Positions 13,381 through 28,939 of a DNA stretch of 64,000 nt are shown one piece after another. This stretch comes from Eledone cirrhosa (lineage: Eukaryota), in assembly GCA_964016885.1 (NCBI GenBank), contig CAXHJY010000269.1, positions 1 through 64,000 of the forward strand, in the 5' to 3' direction. The position numbers and the translations under genes are program-made. A model generated the notes under the pieces. The model was given only the letters and a program-made list of their open reading frames with translations, did not search any database and was not told where the DNA came from. Position 1 is the stretch's first letter. Every line of letters begins with the position of its first letter.

Positions 13381-13464
13381 GCGCATATATATACACATGC
13401 ACCCATGTATATACAAGTATACATAGAGAAATATATATACATGTGTATATACATATTTACACAC

Positions 13465-13653
13465 TTTTGGATGGCCGTTGACCCTTATGAGTTCTTCCGC
13501 CCTTTGTCAGGTTTTGTTTTTTGTCCTGCAGAGTGTCCAAAATTACCCTCCTCAGAAAGTAAACCCAGTGGCCGGTTAAGTCACCGACGACCCGACCATG
13601 CGACAGGTTGTACTGGCTTGAATGTTACCAGTAGCACTCAAGAGTGACCCGAC
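13465..13653 (-). mobile_element. 5' part of the RTE-derived element (diverged copy)
   Basis: Homologous to 14865-15057 with the same 5' boundary (gtc). Confidence 0.7.
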
Positions 13654-13666
13654 ATACATACATACA

Positions 13667-13772
<106 letters not shown>

Positions 13773-13786
13773 TATATATATATATA

Positions 13787-13825
<39 letters not shown>

Positions 13826-13929
13826 ATATGTATGTACATATATATATATATAAATATATATATATCTATGTATATACATATATATATATATATATACATA
13901 CATATATATATATATATATACATATATAC

Positions 13930-13961
<32 letters not shown>

Positions 13962-13973
13962 CTATTAACATAG

Positions 13974-14039
<66 letters not shown>

Positions 14040-14041
<2 letters not shown>

Positions 14042-14414
14042 GGTTGTTGCCAACTCGTTTTCGAGTTCGGCCACTACTTTATATCCATGTAGGAGAACCC
14101 TTACCGATGCGCTGAACGAGTGTGAGTTTTTAGTCCAGCCAGCGAGTTGAACACTCTGGTACAAACACTACACTTGTGACAATCATTGACACATAATGCT
14201 GAGCCCATGGTACCATGTGATGACAAGTGGAAAGAGATCTCCAGATATAAAGCAATGCCTGTGCCGTGAAGCTTTTATAGTGAACAAAGGCACTGCACAA
14301 AGCCAGTCCCACTCTCTTAACCAAGATGATATTTACCAAAAAGAAGAACAAGTCAACATCATTGGATACCATCAAAGTTGCAGGTGTTATATCAGAGTTT
14401 TCCTTCTCCTAGAA
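14040..14414 (-). mobile_element. RTE-derived short element, 5'-truncated copy
   Basis: Homologous to 14456-14824 and flanked by TA repeats. Confidence 0.85.
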
Positions 14415-14455
14415 TACATGCATATATATATACATACCTACATTCATATATATAT

Positions 14456-15057
14456 ATGGTGGCTGCCAACTCGTTTTCGAGTACGGCCACTGCTTTATAT
14501 CCATGTAGGAGAACCCCTACCGATGCGCTGGATGAGCGTGACTTTTTAGTCCAGCCAGCGACTTGAAAACTCTGGCACAAACACTGCACTTGTGACAATT
14601 ATTGACACAGTATACATGGTACCATGTGACGACAAGTGCAGCGAGATCTCCAGATACAAAGCAATGCCTGTGCCGTGAAGCTTTTATAGTGAGCAAAAGC
14701 ACTGCACAAAGCCGGTCCCACTCTCTTAACCAAGATGATATTTACCAAAAAGAAGAACAAGTCAACATCATTGGATACCATCAGGTTTGCAGGTGTTATA
14801 TCCGAGTTTTCCTTCTCCTAGAATTCTGCCTTGACAAAGGCTAAGGGGTCATCTCTCCCGGTGATTTTGGATGGCCATTGACTCTTAAGAGCTCCTCTGC
14901 CCTTTGACAGGTTTTGTTTTTAGTCCTGCAGGATGTCCAAAGTCACCCTCCTCACTAAGAAAGCTTGGTGGGGTTGCCAGTTTAGTCGCCAACGAGCCGA
15001 CCATGAGACAGATGTACTGGGATACATGTTACCAGTAGTACCAAGTGGTGACCTGAC
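14456..15057 (-). mobile_element. Full-length ~600-bp RTE-derived short internally deleted element
   Basis: RTE 5'-UTR motif CTAGGAGAAGGAAAACTC fused to an ORF-end C2H2 finger ([19 protein letters not shown]). 3' hairpin end GGCCGTACTCGAAAACGAGTTGGCAGCCACCAT. No RT. Confidence 0.8.
14942..15057 (-). ncRNA. Twister-ribozyme-like fold at the 5' end of the RTE-derived element
   Basis: Composite of copies: A-G-GUCA-CC...P3 UACUGG/CCAGUA...CCG-GUCCCAUGGU-CGG (intact at 19661-19676 minus)...UGAG-GAGGG-UGAC. Confidence 0.5.
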
Positions 15058-15131
15058 ATAGATATATATATACATTCATACATATATATACATAATAATA
15101 TATATATATACATACATATATATATACATAT

Positions 15132-15270
<139 letters not shown>

Positions 15271-15368
15271 TACACATACATACGCATACATAATGAGATA
15301 TATATATGTATATATATATATAACATATGTATACATGCATATGTATATATATATATGTGTGTATATAT

Positions 15369-15744
15369 ATTCTAGGAGAAGGAAAACTCTGATATAACAC
15401 CTGCAACCCTGATGGTATTCAATGAGGTTGACTTGTTCTTCTTTTTGGTAAATATCATCTTGGTTAAGAGAGTTGGACTGGCTTTGTGCAGTGCCTTTGC
15501 TCACTATAAAAGCTTCACGGCACAGGCATTGCTTTATATCTGGAGATCTCTCTGCACTTGTCGTCACATGGTACCAAAGGCAAAGCACTATGTGTCAATA
15601 ATTGTCACAAGTGTAGTGTTTGTACCAGAGTTTTCAAGTCGCTGGCTGGACTAAAAAGTCACACTCGTTCAGCGCATCGGTAGGGGTTGTCCTACATGGA
15701 TATAAAGTAGTGGCCGTACTCGAAAACGAGTTGGCAGCCACCAT
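15369..15744 (+). mobile_element. RTE-derived short element, 5'-truncated copy
   Basis: Same family, opposite orientation, and the same truncation point as 14040-14414. Confidence 0.85.
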
Positions 15745-15782
15745 ATATACACATATATATATATATACACATATATATATAT

Positions 15783-15889
<107 letters not shown>

Positions 15890-15906
15890 CATATATATAT
15901 ATACAC

Positions 15907-15937
<31 letters not shown>

Positions 15938-16050
15938 CATATGTGTATATATATATGTATATATATATATATATATATAAGTATAGAAATTTCAGTTAGA
16001 AACAGAAAAGGTCATAGAAATGAAGAGTGCTCTATGTCAGTATCAGAGGG

Positions 16051-16128
16051 ATTGCCTCGTCTGACGAACGAATGAAGTCGTTTATTTCGTATTCGCCTCA
16101 TTCGGGAAACCTCTGGTAATGAGGTAAT
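16051..16128 (+). ncRNA. Type-I hammerhead ribozyme within a ~170-bp island (15980-16152) between TA tracts
   Basis: attgcctcgt-CTGACGA-acgaatga...tcattcgg-GAAA-cctctgg-TA|atgaggtaat. 10-bp stem I, predicted cleavage after A16118. Confidence 0.8.
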
Positions 16129-16191
16129 AATATTGTATTGATTTTATACATTATATATATATATATATAAATATATATATATACTGTATAA

Positions 16192-16290
<99 letters not shown>

Positions 16291-16329
16291 GACATATTAG
16301 CAAACTGATGACGGGGTTGCATAGCCTTG

Positions 16330-18993
16330 ATCTAGTTCGGCATGCTATCTATTGACATCCTACCAGACTTGGTAGGATGTCAATAGATAGCATGCCGAAC
16401 TACATCAAGGCTATGCAACCCCACATCACCAACACGATCGAAATTGCACAACAAACACACGATGGGAGAGAGAAAATCCTCAACGCTCACATGATGATGT
16501 GGACTGACATCCTAAAGCCAAGCAGACGCACTGCCAACAACTTCCAGGCGTCAAACAATGGCATACCACCCTTGTATGGGATCCGCAAAGACCACAAGAT
16601 AGTTGACGACCAGACAACAGGACCACCAACAAGACCCGTATGCGGAGCTAATATAGCTAGTAACTACAGGATCTCCTACTTCCTCTCAATGGTTATACGC
16701 CCCATAATTAAGATATCCCCAGATGTACGTGACAGTACAGAGGACCTCCACAGCAGAATCAGCGAGTGCAACAAAAACAGGAACCTATCCAACTGCATAA
16801 TAGGCAGCATGGATGTGGTGTCACTGTACCCATCCATTAACATTGATTTTGCTGTGAAAAGATGTGTGGAGATGATCATTGAGAGTGAGGTGGAGTTCTG
16901 CGACGTCGACACAGACGAACTGGGCATCCTGCTTAGACTTACCTACGACACTGACTACCTAGACAGCCATGATCTTAGACGTTTCTGCCCTAGTAGACCT
17001 ATAAGAGTTAGAACCCCCACCATAACCTCAATGGCAAAAAAGACTCCCATGGGAAGGTGGATTGGGTGGACCAAAGCTATACGGACCCCACAAAACAATG
17101 ATCAGGTAAGAAAAATTGTCGCACATGCAATAGGGGCTAGTATCAAAACTAACCTAAATGGCCACATATTTAAGTTCAACGAGAAGAACTACACCCAAAA
17201 TGAGGGACCAGCCATCGGCGTCAGCATAGCTGGTGATGTTGCCAACCTTTTCATGGTATTGTGGGAAAGGAGACTTAAAGATCTCCTTAATGAGAGCCCA
17301 TAGACCTCATCATGTACTCTCGTTATATAGACGATATCAATATAGTTATAAGAACACCCCCACTAGAGAGCACTATCAAGTTTGATTTAGAACGTAGCAC
17401 GATGGAAAGCATCCAGCAGATAGCTAATTCCATACACCAGAGTATAACTGTAACTATCGACTTCCCTTCCAAACACCCTAACAATAGACTACCTGTATTA
17501 GACACAGAACTCTGGATTAACACTATAGACGAGATAGCCCAAATTCTCTACTCACACTATGCTAAACCCATGGCCTCGAAATACCTGATACTCAAAAACT
17601 CAGCAATGTCCAGTAGTGCTAAGTTTAATATTCTGATCGCAGATTTGGTACGAGTGATGAAGAATGTGTCCCGCATGTGCGACCCAACAGAAATGGAAAT
17701 ACACATCCAACACTTCATCAACCGCATGCAGTTCTCTGGCTACAACCAAAGAGACAGTGTCAGAGTATACGAAGGAGCCATGGAGAAGTATAAGACCCCC
17801 ATAGGACATGAAAGGAATTTGGCCATTATACAGGAGCAAATCATGGAATAGCTTAGATAAGGCTAGACATAAGAAAGGGAAAGCCACATCATGGTACGAC
17901 AACCAGAGATACCAGAGTGTCATGTTTGTCGACGCTACCCCTGGAGGGAAATTAGCTAACCAGTGTAGAAAGGCCCTGAGAAAGACCCACTTAAAAATAA
18001 AGGTGGTAGAAAAGCCAGGAACCACCATAAAATCCCTGATCAGCAAAACCTACCCTTTTAAGAAAACCCACTGTACCAATAGGAAATGTATCATATGTAA
18101 GGTGAACCCTCGGATAAACTGTAAAACTAGAAACGTAGTCTATAGCATAAGATGTACAGAGGGTACTTGCAGAAACATGACAACAACATACATAGGTGGA
18201 CAGCTCGTAGCATAGGTGAAAGGATAGACCAACACTGGGGGAAGTAAAAGGACGAAAAAACGGTTAAAAACTATACGAACATGCTAGACAACAACATGAC
18301 GGTAACATAGACAACATAGTAATTAGAATAATATCTAAACATAGGAATGACCCAGCAGATAGGCAAATCAGAGAGGCCAGTGAAATAGAAATTAGAAGAC
18401 CAGAAAGAATGAATGGAATAACAACACCCGAACAAACAACACTGACCTAAGAGAAGTATAAATAAGTAAATAAAATAAAATAAATAAATAAATAAATACA
18501 TACACAAGCACAATAACAACAAGCACATAAACACACACTAGTCACCCATCACACAGCAAACAAAACACTATACACACACGCAAACGCATGCGCAAAGAAG
18601 ACAAAATAAAATAAACAAACAAGCAAATAAATAAATAAATATATGGACAGACTGAATAAAAATGGCGTAGACATACAATACAACAGGAGGAAAATATAGC
18701 ACCACTGACGATGTTGCAGATGTGCAACGAAAGATTAATGATAAACTATATATATGTGTTTGTGTCTATATTGTATCTGTATTATTTTTGACCGTCGGTC
18801 AGTCAATGGCAACATTGAGGATCGAGTAAGTTAGATTACCGATATAAAAGACACAAAAGCGAGAAGCGAAAGCCAAACAAACAGTGAATGTGTCCTGTTA
18901 TTAATTCTGGCAATATTATACAAATATGACGCTCCCCAAGTATAACAATATTTGTTTCGACAGACAATTTCATATAAAAAACCTCGCAAAACT
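16330..18993 (+). mobile_element. Penelope-like element (RT ORFs 16377-17303 and 17312-17851; GIY-YIG 17808-18215)
   Basis: PPLYGIRKDHK, PTRPVC, GSMDVVSLYPSI, YTQNEGPAIG, YSRYIDDIN and CIICK...NVVYSIRC...YIG. One stop plus frameshifts. Confidence 0.9.
18701..18742 (+). ncRNA. Minimal hammerhead-like motif in the PLE 3' region
   Basis: acca-CTGACGA-t-gttgca-gatg-tgcaac-GAAA-gattaatgat. Stem III is degenerate. Confidence 0.4.
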
Positions 18994-18997
18994 ATAC

Positions 18998-19081
<84 letters not shown>

Positions 19082-19107
19082 GTATATATATATACATACA
19101 TATATAT

Positions 19108-19696
19108 ATGGTGGCTGCCAACTCGTTTTGGAGTACGGCCACTACTTTATATCCATGTAGGAGAACCCCTAGCAATGCGCTGAACGAGTGTGACTTTTTA
19201 GTCAAGCCAGCGACTTGAAACTCTGGTACAAACACTACAACTGTCAACATTAATGACACATAGTGCTGGGCCCATGGTACCATGTGACGACAAGTGCAGA
19301 GAGATCAGAGATCTCCAGATATAAACATTGCCTGTGCCATGAAGCTTTTATAGTGAGCAAAGGCACTGCACAAAACCAGTCCCACTCTCTTAACCAAGAT
19401 AATATTTACCAAAAAGCTGAACAAGTCAACATCATTGGATACCATCAGGGTTGCAGGTGTTATATCAGAGTTTTCCTTCTCCTATTATTCTGCCTTGACA
19501 AAAGCTAAGGGGTCATCTCACCCAGTGATTTTGGATGGCCATTGACTCTAAAGAGCTCCTTTGCCCTTTGACAGGTTTTGTTTTTAGTCCTGCAGGATGT
19601 CCAAAGTCACCCTCCTCACCAAGAAACCTTGGTGGGGTTGCCAGTTTAGACGCCAACGACCCGACCATGGGACCGGTTGTACTGGGATACATGTTA
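19108..19696 (-). mobile_element. RTE-derived short element, near full length
   Basis: Homologous to 14456-15040. Confidence 0.85.
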
Positions 19697-19888
19697 AAAG
19701 TACAGTTGAGATGGAGGCTCTGTGGTTTTTCTCATATTTTAGAAGTTGCATTTTCGATTTCATATTTTTTTCTTTATACTTTCACTCGGTTACTTTTCAT
19801 TTTGAAAAAAAAAAATTTATATATGTGCCTCCGTAGACAATGACTCTCTGCTCGACTGGATCATATATATATATATATATATATGTAC

Positions 19889-20007
<119 letters not shown>

Positions 20008-20043
20008 GTATAGGATTATCCAAGATGTAGTGATGGTTAATTC

Positions 20044-20155
20044 TGCTCTGAGGAAACAGTGGTCACAGCATTGGATATTCGAGTTCTGCAAATACTTGTG
20101 AATTTGCACGTAGCGGAACTAGGCTGCAGCACCACCGTGGAAACACTTGTAAGCA
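20044..20155 (+). ncRNA. Type-I hammerhead ribozyme with branched stem II within a ~200-bp island (20004-20205)
   Basis: tgct-CTGAGGA-aacagtggt...accaccgtg-GAAA-cacttg-TA|agca. AATAAA at 20161. Predicted cleavage after A20151. Confidence 0.7.
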
Positions 20156-20202
20156 CACGGAATAAAGTACCTTTTTATGATGTCTACCTGTTATTATTCA
20201 TT

Positions 20203-20264
<62 letters not shown>

Positions 20265-20612
20265 CGAAGGACCGCAAGCCGTTTCGACGGCTAATTCTGG
20301 ACTAAATGAAAATGTTTATCCTGGTATTTGAATAGCCGAGCTTCTCAGGTGGCAATTCCATATATGGTAAAAGTGATTGTCAGAAGGATTCGTCAAAAGT
20401 TTATAAACATAATAATTCTATAATGGCAATTTGTGGAGGGAAGGGGTAGCTGAACCTGCCAGTAGAAGAAAGAGAGAGAGGGGGTGGGAGAAACCCAGTC
20501 GTGCGTTGATAGTGCCAACTCCGGCTGGGCAGGAGGTCAAAGAAGATACTAGGGTGGGAGAGGAAGTCGAAACAATAAGTCCTACTCGTTCCTATGTACA
20601 TATATATATATA

Positions 20613-22690
<2,078 letters not shown>

Positions 22691-22711
22691 ATATATATAC
22701 AGACATATATA

Positions 22712-24609
<1,898 letters not shown>

Positions 24610-24783
24610 ATATATTCCCGTTCTATTTTCGAACAAAGGAGTAGCGTCCAAACTGGTTAGACTCATTTTCTGTTACATCAAGCATAAAATTAATTTTATA
24701 TTACTGTATTGTGCTGCCAGGTTTGTTTTGTTTTTTCTGCTTGCCATTTGCACACACACACACTCACACACACACACACACAC

Positions 24784-24841
<58 letters not shown>

Positions 24842-24889
24842 TTGTTTTTCTCAAAATATTAATAAATGGAGACATAATCAAAATATATG

Positions 24890-24951
24890 CTTTATTATAT
24901 ATATTTCGGAGGTACTGCTCTGTTTTTTCAGTACGTCCTCATCAGATAAAA
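24890..24951 (-). ncRNA. Type-I hammerhead ribozyme
   Basis: Minus strand reads ttttat-CTGATGA-ggacgtactg-aaaaaacagag-cagtacctcc-GAAA-tatata-TA|ataaag. Predicted cleavage between 24896 and 24895. Confidence 0.8.
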
Positions 24952-25403
24952 TATATGAATTGATGTATAACATACCTCAACTGTGTTGATGGTGCAATTC
25001 CACTGTTCTCAGTTTTTTATTACAACAAAACTCAGTATTTATATAGCACAAGTAATAACATGACAAACTAAATATGATGGAGGGAGGGATATGTAACGAT
25101 ATACAAGTTTTAGGAGGAGGTGGGTATGAGAAAATATAGAAGACATAAATAACCCGTAAATATCTGTTAGAGAAAAAACAAAAGAGAGAGGGAGAGAGTG
25201 CTAAATATAAGAGAGGAGGGAAGAAACTAAAAAGATGAAGATAAAAGGAATGAGAAAGAGATATAATAGAGAATGGAATAGATAACTGTAAAGGTAAAGA
25301 AAGAAAAAAGAAAGAAAAAAGAAAGAAAAAAGAAAGAAAAAAGAAAGGGACATGATACGTGACAGTTATTTTTAATCTATTGTATTCGTTTATATTTGAG
25401 CAA

Positions 25404-25663
25404 ATTATACTATTATATTATATACTGTTATATTATATATTATTATATAATATACTATTATATTATATACTATTATATAATATACTATTATATTATATAC
25501 TATGATATAATATGCTATTATATAATATACTATTATATTATATACTATTATATTATATACTATTATATTATATACTATTATATTATATACTATTATATTA
25601 TATACTATTATATTTTATACTATTATATTATATACTATTATATTATATACTATTATATTATAT
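25404..25663. repeat. 15-bp minisatellite (TATTATATTATATAC)~17
   Basis: Direct inspection. It produces the spurious YYIIY ORF. Confidence 0.9.
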
Positions 25664-25759
25664 CAAAATTAAACAATATAATATAGTTTCAATGGTAATC
25701 ATGAGCATAGTAAAATTAATAAATATATTCAATATTAAGTTACAAAATTCAAAATCAGA

Positions 25760-26020
25760 AAATCCCGCCGAGGTTAACTTTGCCTTTCATCCTTACAGGG
25801 TCGATAAAATAAAGTACCAGTAATGCACTGGGTATTTGCTGGCCTTGTGCCAAAAGTAGAAACAATTATTAACTACCATTAGAGTTACGTCCCTTTATAA
25901 TATAATTTCAAATCCCGCGAGGTTGACTTTGCTTTCATCCTTAAGGGGTCGATAAAATAAAGTACCAGTAATGTACTGAGTAATTGCTGGCATTGTGCCT
26001 AAAGTAGAAACAATTATTTA
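25760..26020 (+). mobile_element. Two tandem 5'-truncated Nin-type SINE copies
   Basis: aatcccgccgaggtt...ctttcatcctta..gggtcgataaaataaagtaccag...agtagaaacaattatt occurs twice. Confidence 0.8.
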
Positions 26021-27165
26021 CTACCAATGATGTTTACAGATTTAGTAAATATGTATGAGAGTATTTATCACAACTTAATCGTATATTAGCATCTGTATAT
26101 GCAATTTATATAATGTTTAGAATTATGAACATTATAAACATTACAATCAGTTTAACTCAATAGTTGTCTATTACATATGGGATTAATTATTAGTTATATT
26201 TACTCATGAAATTATTATTATTTCGATTCAACCAAATGTTACTGTATGCAACACTAAAGATCATGTTAAATACACATTAATCCATGTGGATAAAACGAAA
26301 ATTATACACGATGATTGTAAACAAAAGAGATCCGTACAGCATATCTGGACGTTTAAAAGAGCTAAATGGTTTGACATTCTGAAGTTATTTCAGATCTCAA
26401 ATTTAGAAAATTCCATCATAAAAAGAGGATTCTCAAACCAAACTAAAGGTATTTAGTCAATCATGATATTAACTTACTATATAAAAGAACCGATATGCAA
26501 TCTTATAAGCTAAGGTAAAACATTATACACAATAATAACAATAACAGTAGCATTACAAGAATTATTAATAAATGTTAATATTTTTTACTCACCCAGTCAA
26601 TGCTTTTTCCTAAATTCATATGATGCTTGAAATGTTCTTCCAGATTTATGGAGGCAATTTGAAAATAGCTCACTTTTCTTATTAATAAAATTACCGTAAT
26701 TAGTACTTATTAATAGAGTCTCTAAATTACAAAGATTGCAGTTTGGAAAGATGGAAGCGTTTCGATAGGATTCAGAGTTTCTAGGCTTAATCCAAGATAT
26801 TGAGTATTTTACATTTGTTCTCTTTTAAAGACCATATTAATTGTGATAATGAAGTAGAAAATATTTTATCTGGATTAGAGAAAGAATGTTTATGATTGGA
26901 AAGTTCGATGAAGTTGCACCTATGTAGTTATATGTAATATTATTATTTGTTTTAATGGTACATTTATATACGGAACTCTTATCAAGGCAGTTATTTTGCA
27001 AAGGACATTCTGATTTCCTTCTACAGTTACAGTTCAATTCCATGCTATTTCTATAACCTAAGCTGTTCATATTATCATTGTTAATATTTCTCGGTGTTCT
27101 ACAATATGTGTTTAAATTATTGTTACTGTTATTCACATTAATTACTGTATTATTATTATTATTGT

Positions 27166-27355
27166 TATGGTGGATTCGCAGTATCGGTAGAGGGTCGGAC
27201 GCCATGCTTTCCAGCATAGTTACGTCCCTTTATGATCTGAGTTCAAATCCCGCCGAGGTTGACTTTGCCTTTCATCCTTACGGGGTCGAAAACATAAAGT
27301 ACCAGTAACGCACTGGGTAATTGCTGGCCTTGTGCCTAAAGTTGAAACAATTATT
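27166..27355 (+). mobile_element. Nin-type tRNA-SINE
   Basis: Full-length homolog of 12901-13083, inserted in an ATT repeat. Confidence 0.8.
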
Positions 27356-28236
27356 ATTGTTATTATCGGTAATTATATTTGGCTAGAATTAAGAATTCTG
27401 CTATTAATTTTTGCAATATTCTGCGCCATATTCAGTTGTTGAGTAAGAAAGTTGAGTAAGAAAGTTTAACTGTGTGTCTATTGAAGATAGAGTAATACTT
27501 ATGTGATCTAGAGAAACATTTATCTAAGGCTTTAAAAACTAAATGTGCTAAAGGTGTTTCAATAGCTAAAGACTCTCGTGGGGCATACCTAATAATAGAT
27601 CTAGTTCTAATTTTTTTCCCGGATTTATTCTCCAAATTGTCATTTTATTTATATTTTTACAGTCAGCTTTATTTTTATTAATCTTATTATTCTGAATATT
27701 ATGTTTATAATTACCTTTATTTTTTTCTACATATTCAATAATATTTATATATCCTGCTTTATGTAACGCTTCATTATAATATCCAGCTTTACTATTAAAA
27801 ATGGATTTGTTAGCATATAATCTGGATATACACTATTGACTATTGTATTTTTAACACTTTTAGAATGATTAGAATAAAAAGTAACTTAATTTAGGTTTTC
27901 ATTGTTTTTATGGAAGCTGTAATATAGACATGAGTTTAAAAAGTTAACTATTTTACTGTTATTTTATACTTCCAATTCCATGTCGTAATTTTTAAAGAAT
28001 GTTATAATTACTTTCTTTACTCTATTTAATTCACTATTACTATGTTTAACTACAGTAAATAATATGTCATCTCTATATAAACCACCGGCAATCTCCGGCA
28101 GTTTTCTATTTATCATATTAAGGATGAAAATTCCCAGAAGATCGGTAACATGCGCGGAATCGGACGATCCCATAGTAATGTCGAAATTATTCTGCCTATC
28201 CGAACGAGTCCAAAAATCATTATTAAAGTCAATCAA

Positions 28237-28400
28237 GCAGTATCAGTAGAGGGTCGGACGCCATGCATAGTTACGTCCCTTTACGATCTGAGTTCAAATC
28301 CTGCCGAGGTTGACTTTCATCCTTACTGGTTCGATAAAATAAAGTACCAGTAATGCACTGGGTAATTACTGGCCTTGTGCCTAAAGTAGAAACAATTATT
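28237..28400 (+). mobile_element. Nin-type tRNA-SINE
   Basis: Homolog of 12901-13083. The flanks attaaagtcaatcaag / attaaaatcaatcaag look like a TSD. Confidence 0.8.
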
Positions 28401-28559
28401 AAAATCAATCAAGGTTCGTCTAGCCGTTAAAATAATATTAATCTCCTCACCAGATAGATCAGTGTGCTTATATATGTATGAAAGCGCCTTATTCTAAAGG
28501 TTGGGAGTTATTGATGAGTAGTAACTCGCTATGTCCATTTGAATGAATTCATGATTTTT

Positions 28560-28618
<59 letters not shown>

Positions 28619-28667
28619 TAAAATATCAGATTAAAGTTTAAGCAAAGAATCGCAGCTTTCACCCTTA

Positions 28668-28770
28668 TTAACTTTGCCTTTCATCCTTACGGGGTCGATA
28701 AAATAAAGTACCAGTAATGCACTGGTTAATTGCTGGCCTTGTGCCAATAGTAGAAACAATTATTATTATT
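28668..28770 (+). mobile_element. Nin-type SINE 3' fragment
   Basis: actttgcctttcatccttacggggtcgataaaataaagtaccag...agtagaaacaattatt. Confidence 0.75.
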
Positions 28771-28772
28771 AT

Positions 28773-28851
<79 letters not shown>

Positions 28852-28887
28852 GTACTATCCTAGGTATCGAGTACTCTGTTGAGTAGT

Positions 28888-28939
<52 letters not shown>

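Larger units (their letters stand above)
26590..28560 (-). mobile_element. Decayed Penelope-like element carrying two nested SINEs
   Basis: FDITMGSSDSAHVTDLLGIFIL...GGLYRDDIL (RT), IFNRHTVKLSYST and CNCRRKSECPLQNNCL...VYKC...YIGATS. Confidence 0.8.

Noticed and set aside
14196-14844. Recurrent ORF '[22 protein letters not shown]...[14 protein letters not shown]' as a multicopy gene
   Set aside because: It is the antisense reading of the RTE-derived repeat, and its start and stop vary between copies.
14865-15057. HDV-like ribozyme in the RTE-derived 5' UTR
   Set aside because: No P1/P1.1/P2 nested double pseudoknot could be drawn, and the twister-like signature fits better.
25404-25663. Regular 15-bp array resembling CRISPR or a Tyr-rich protein
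   Set aside because: Head-to-tail minisatellite without spacers, in a eukaryotic context.
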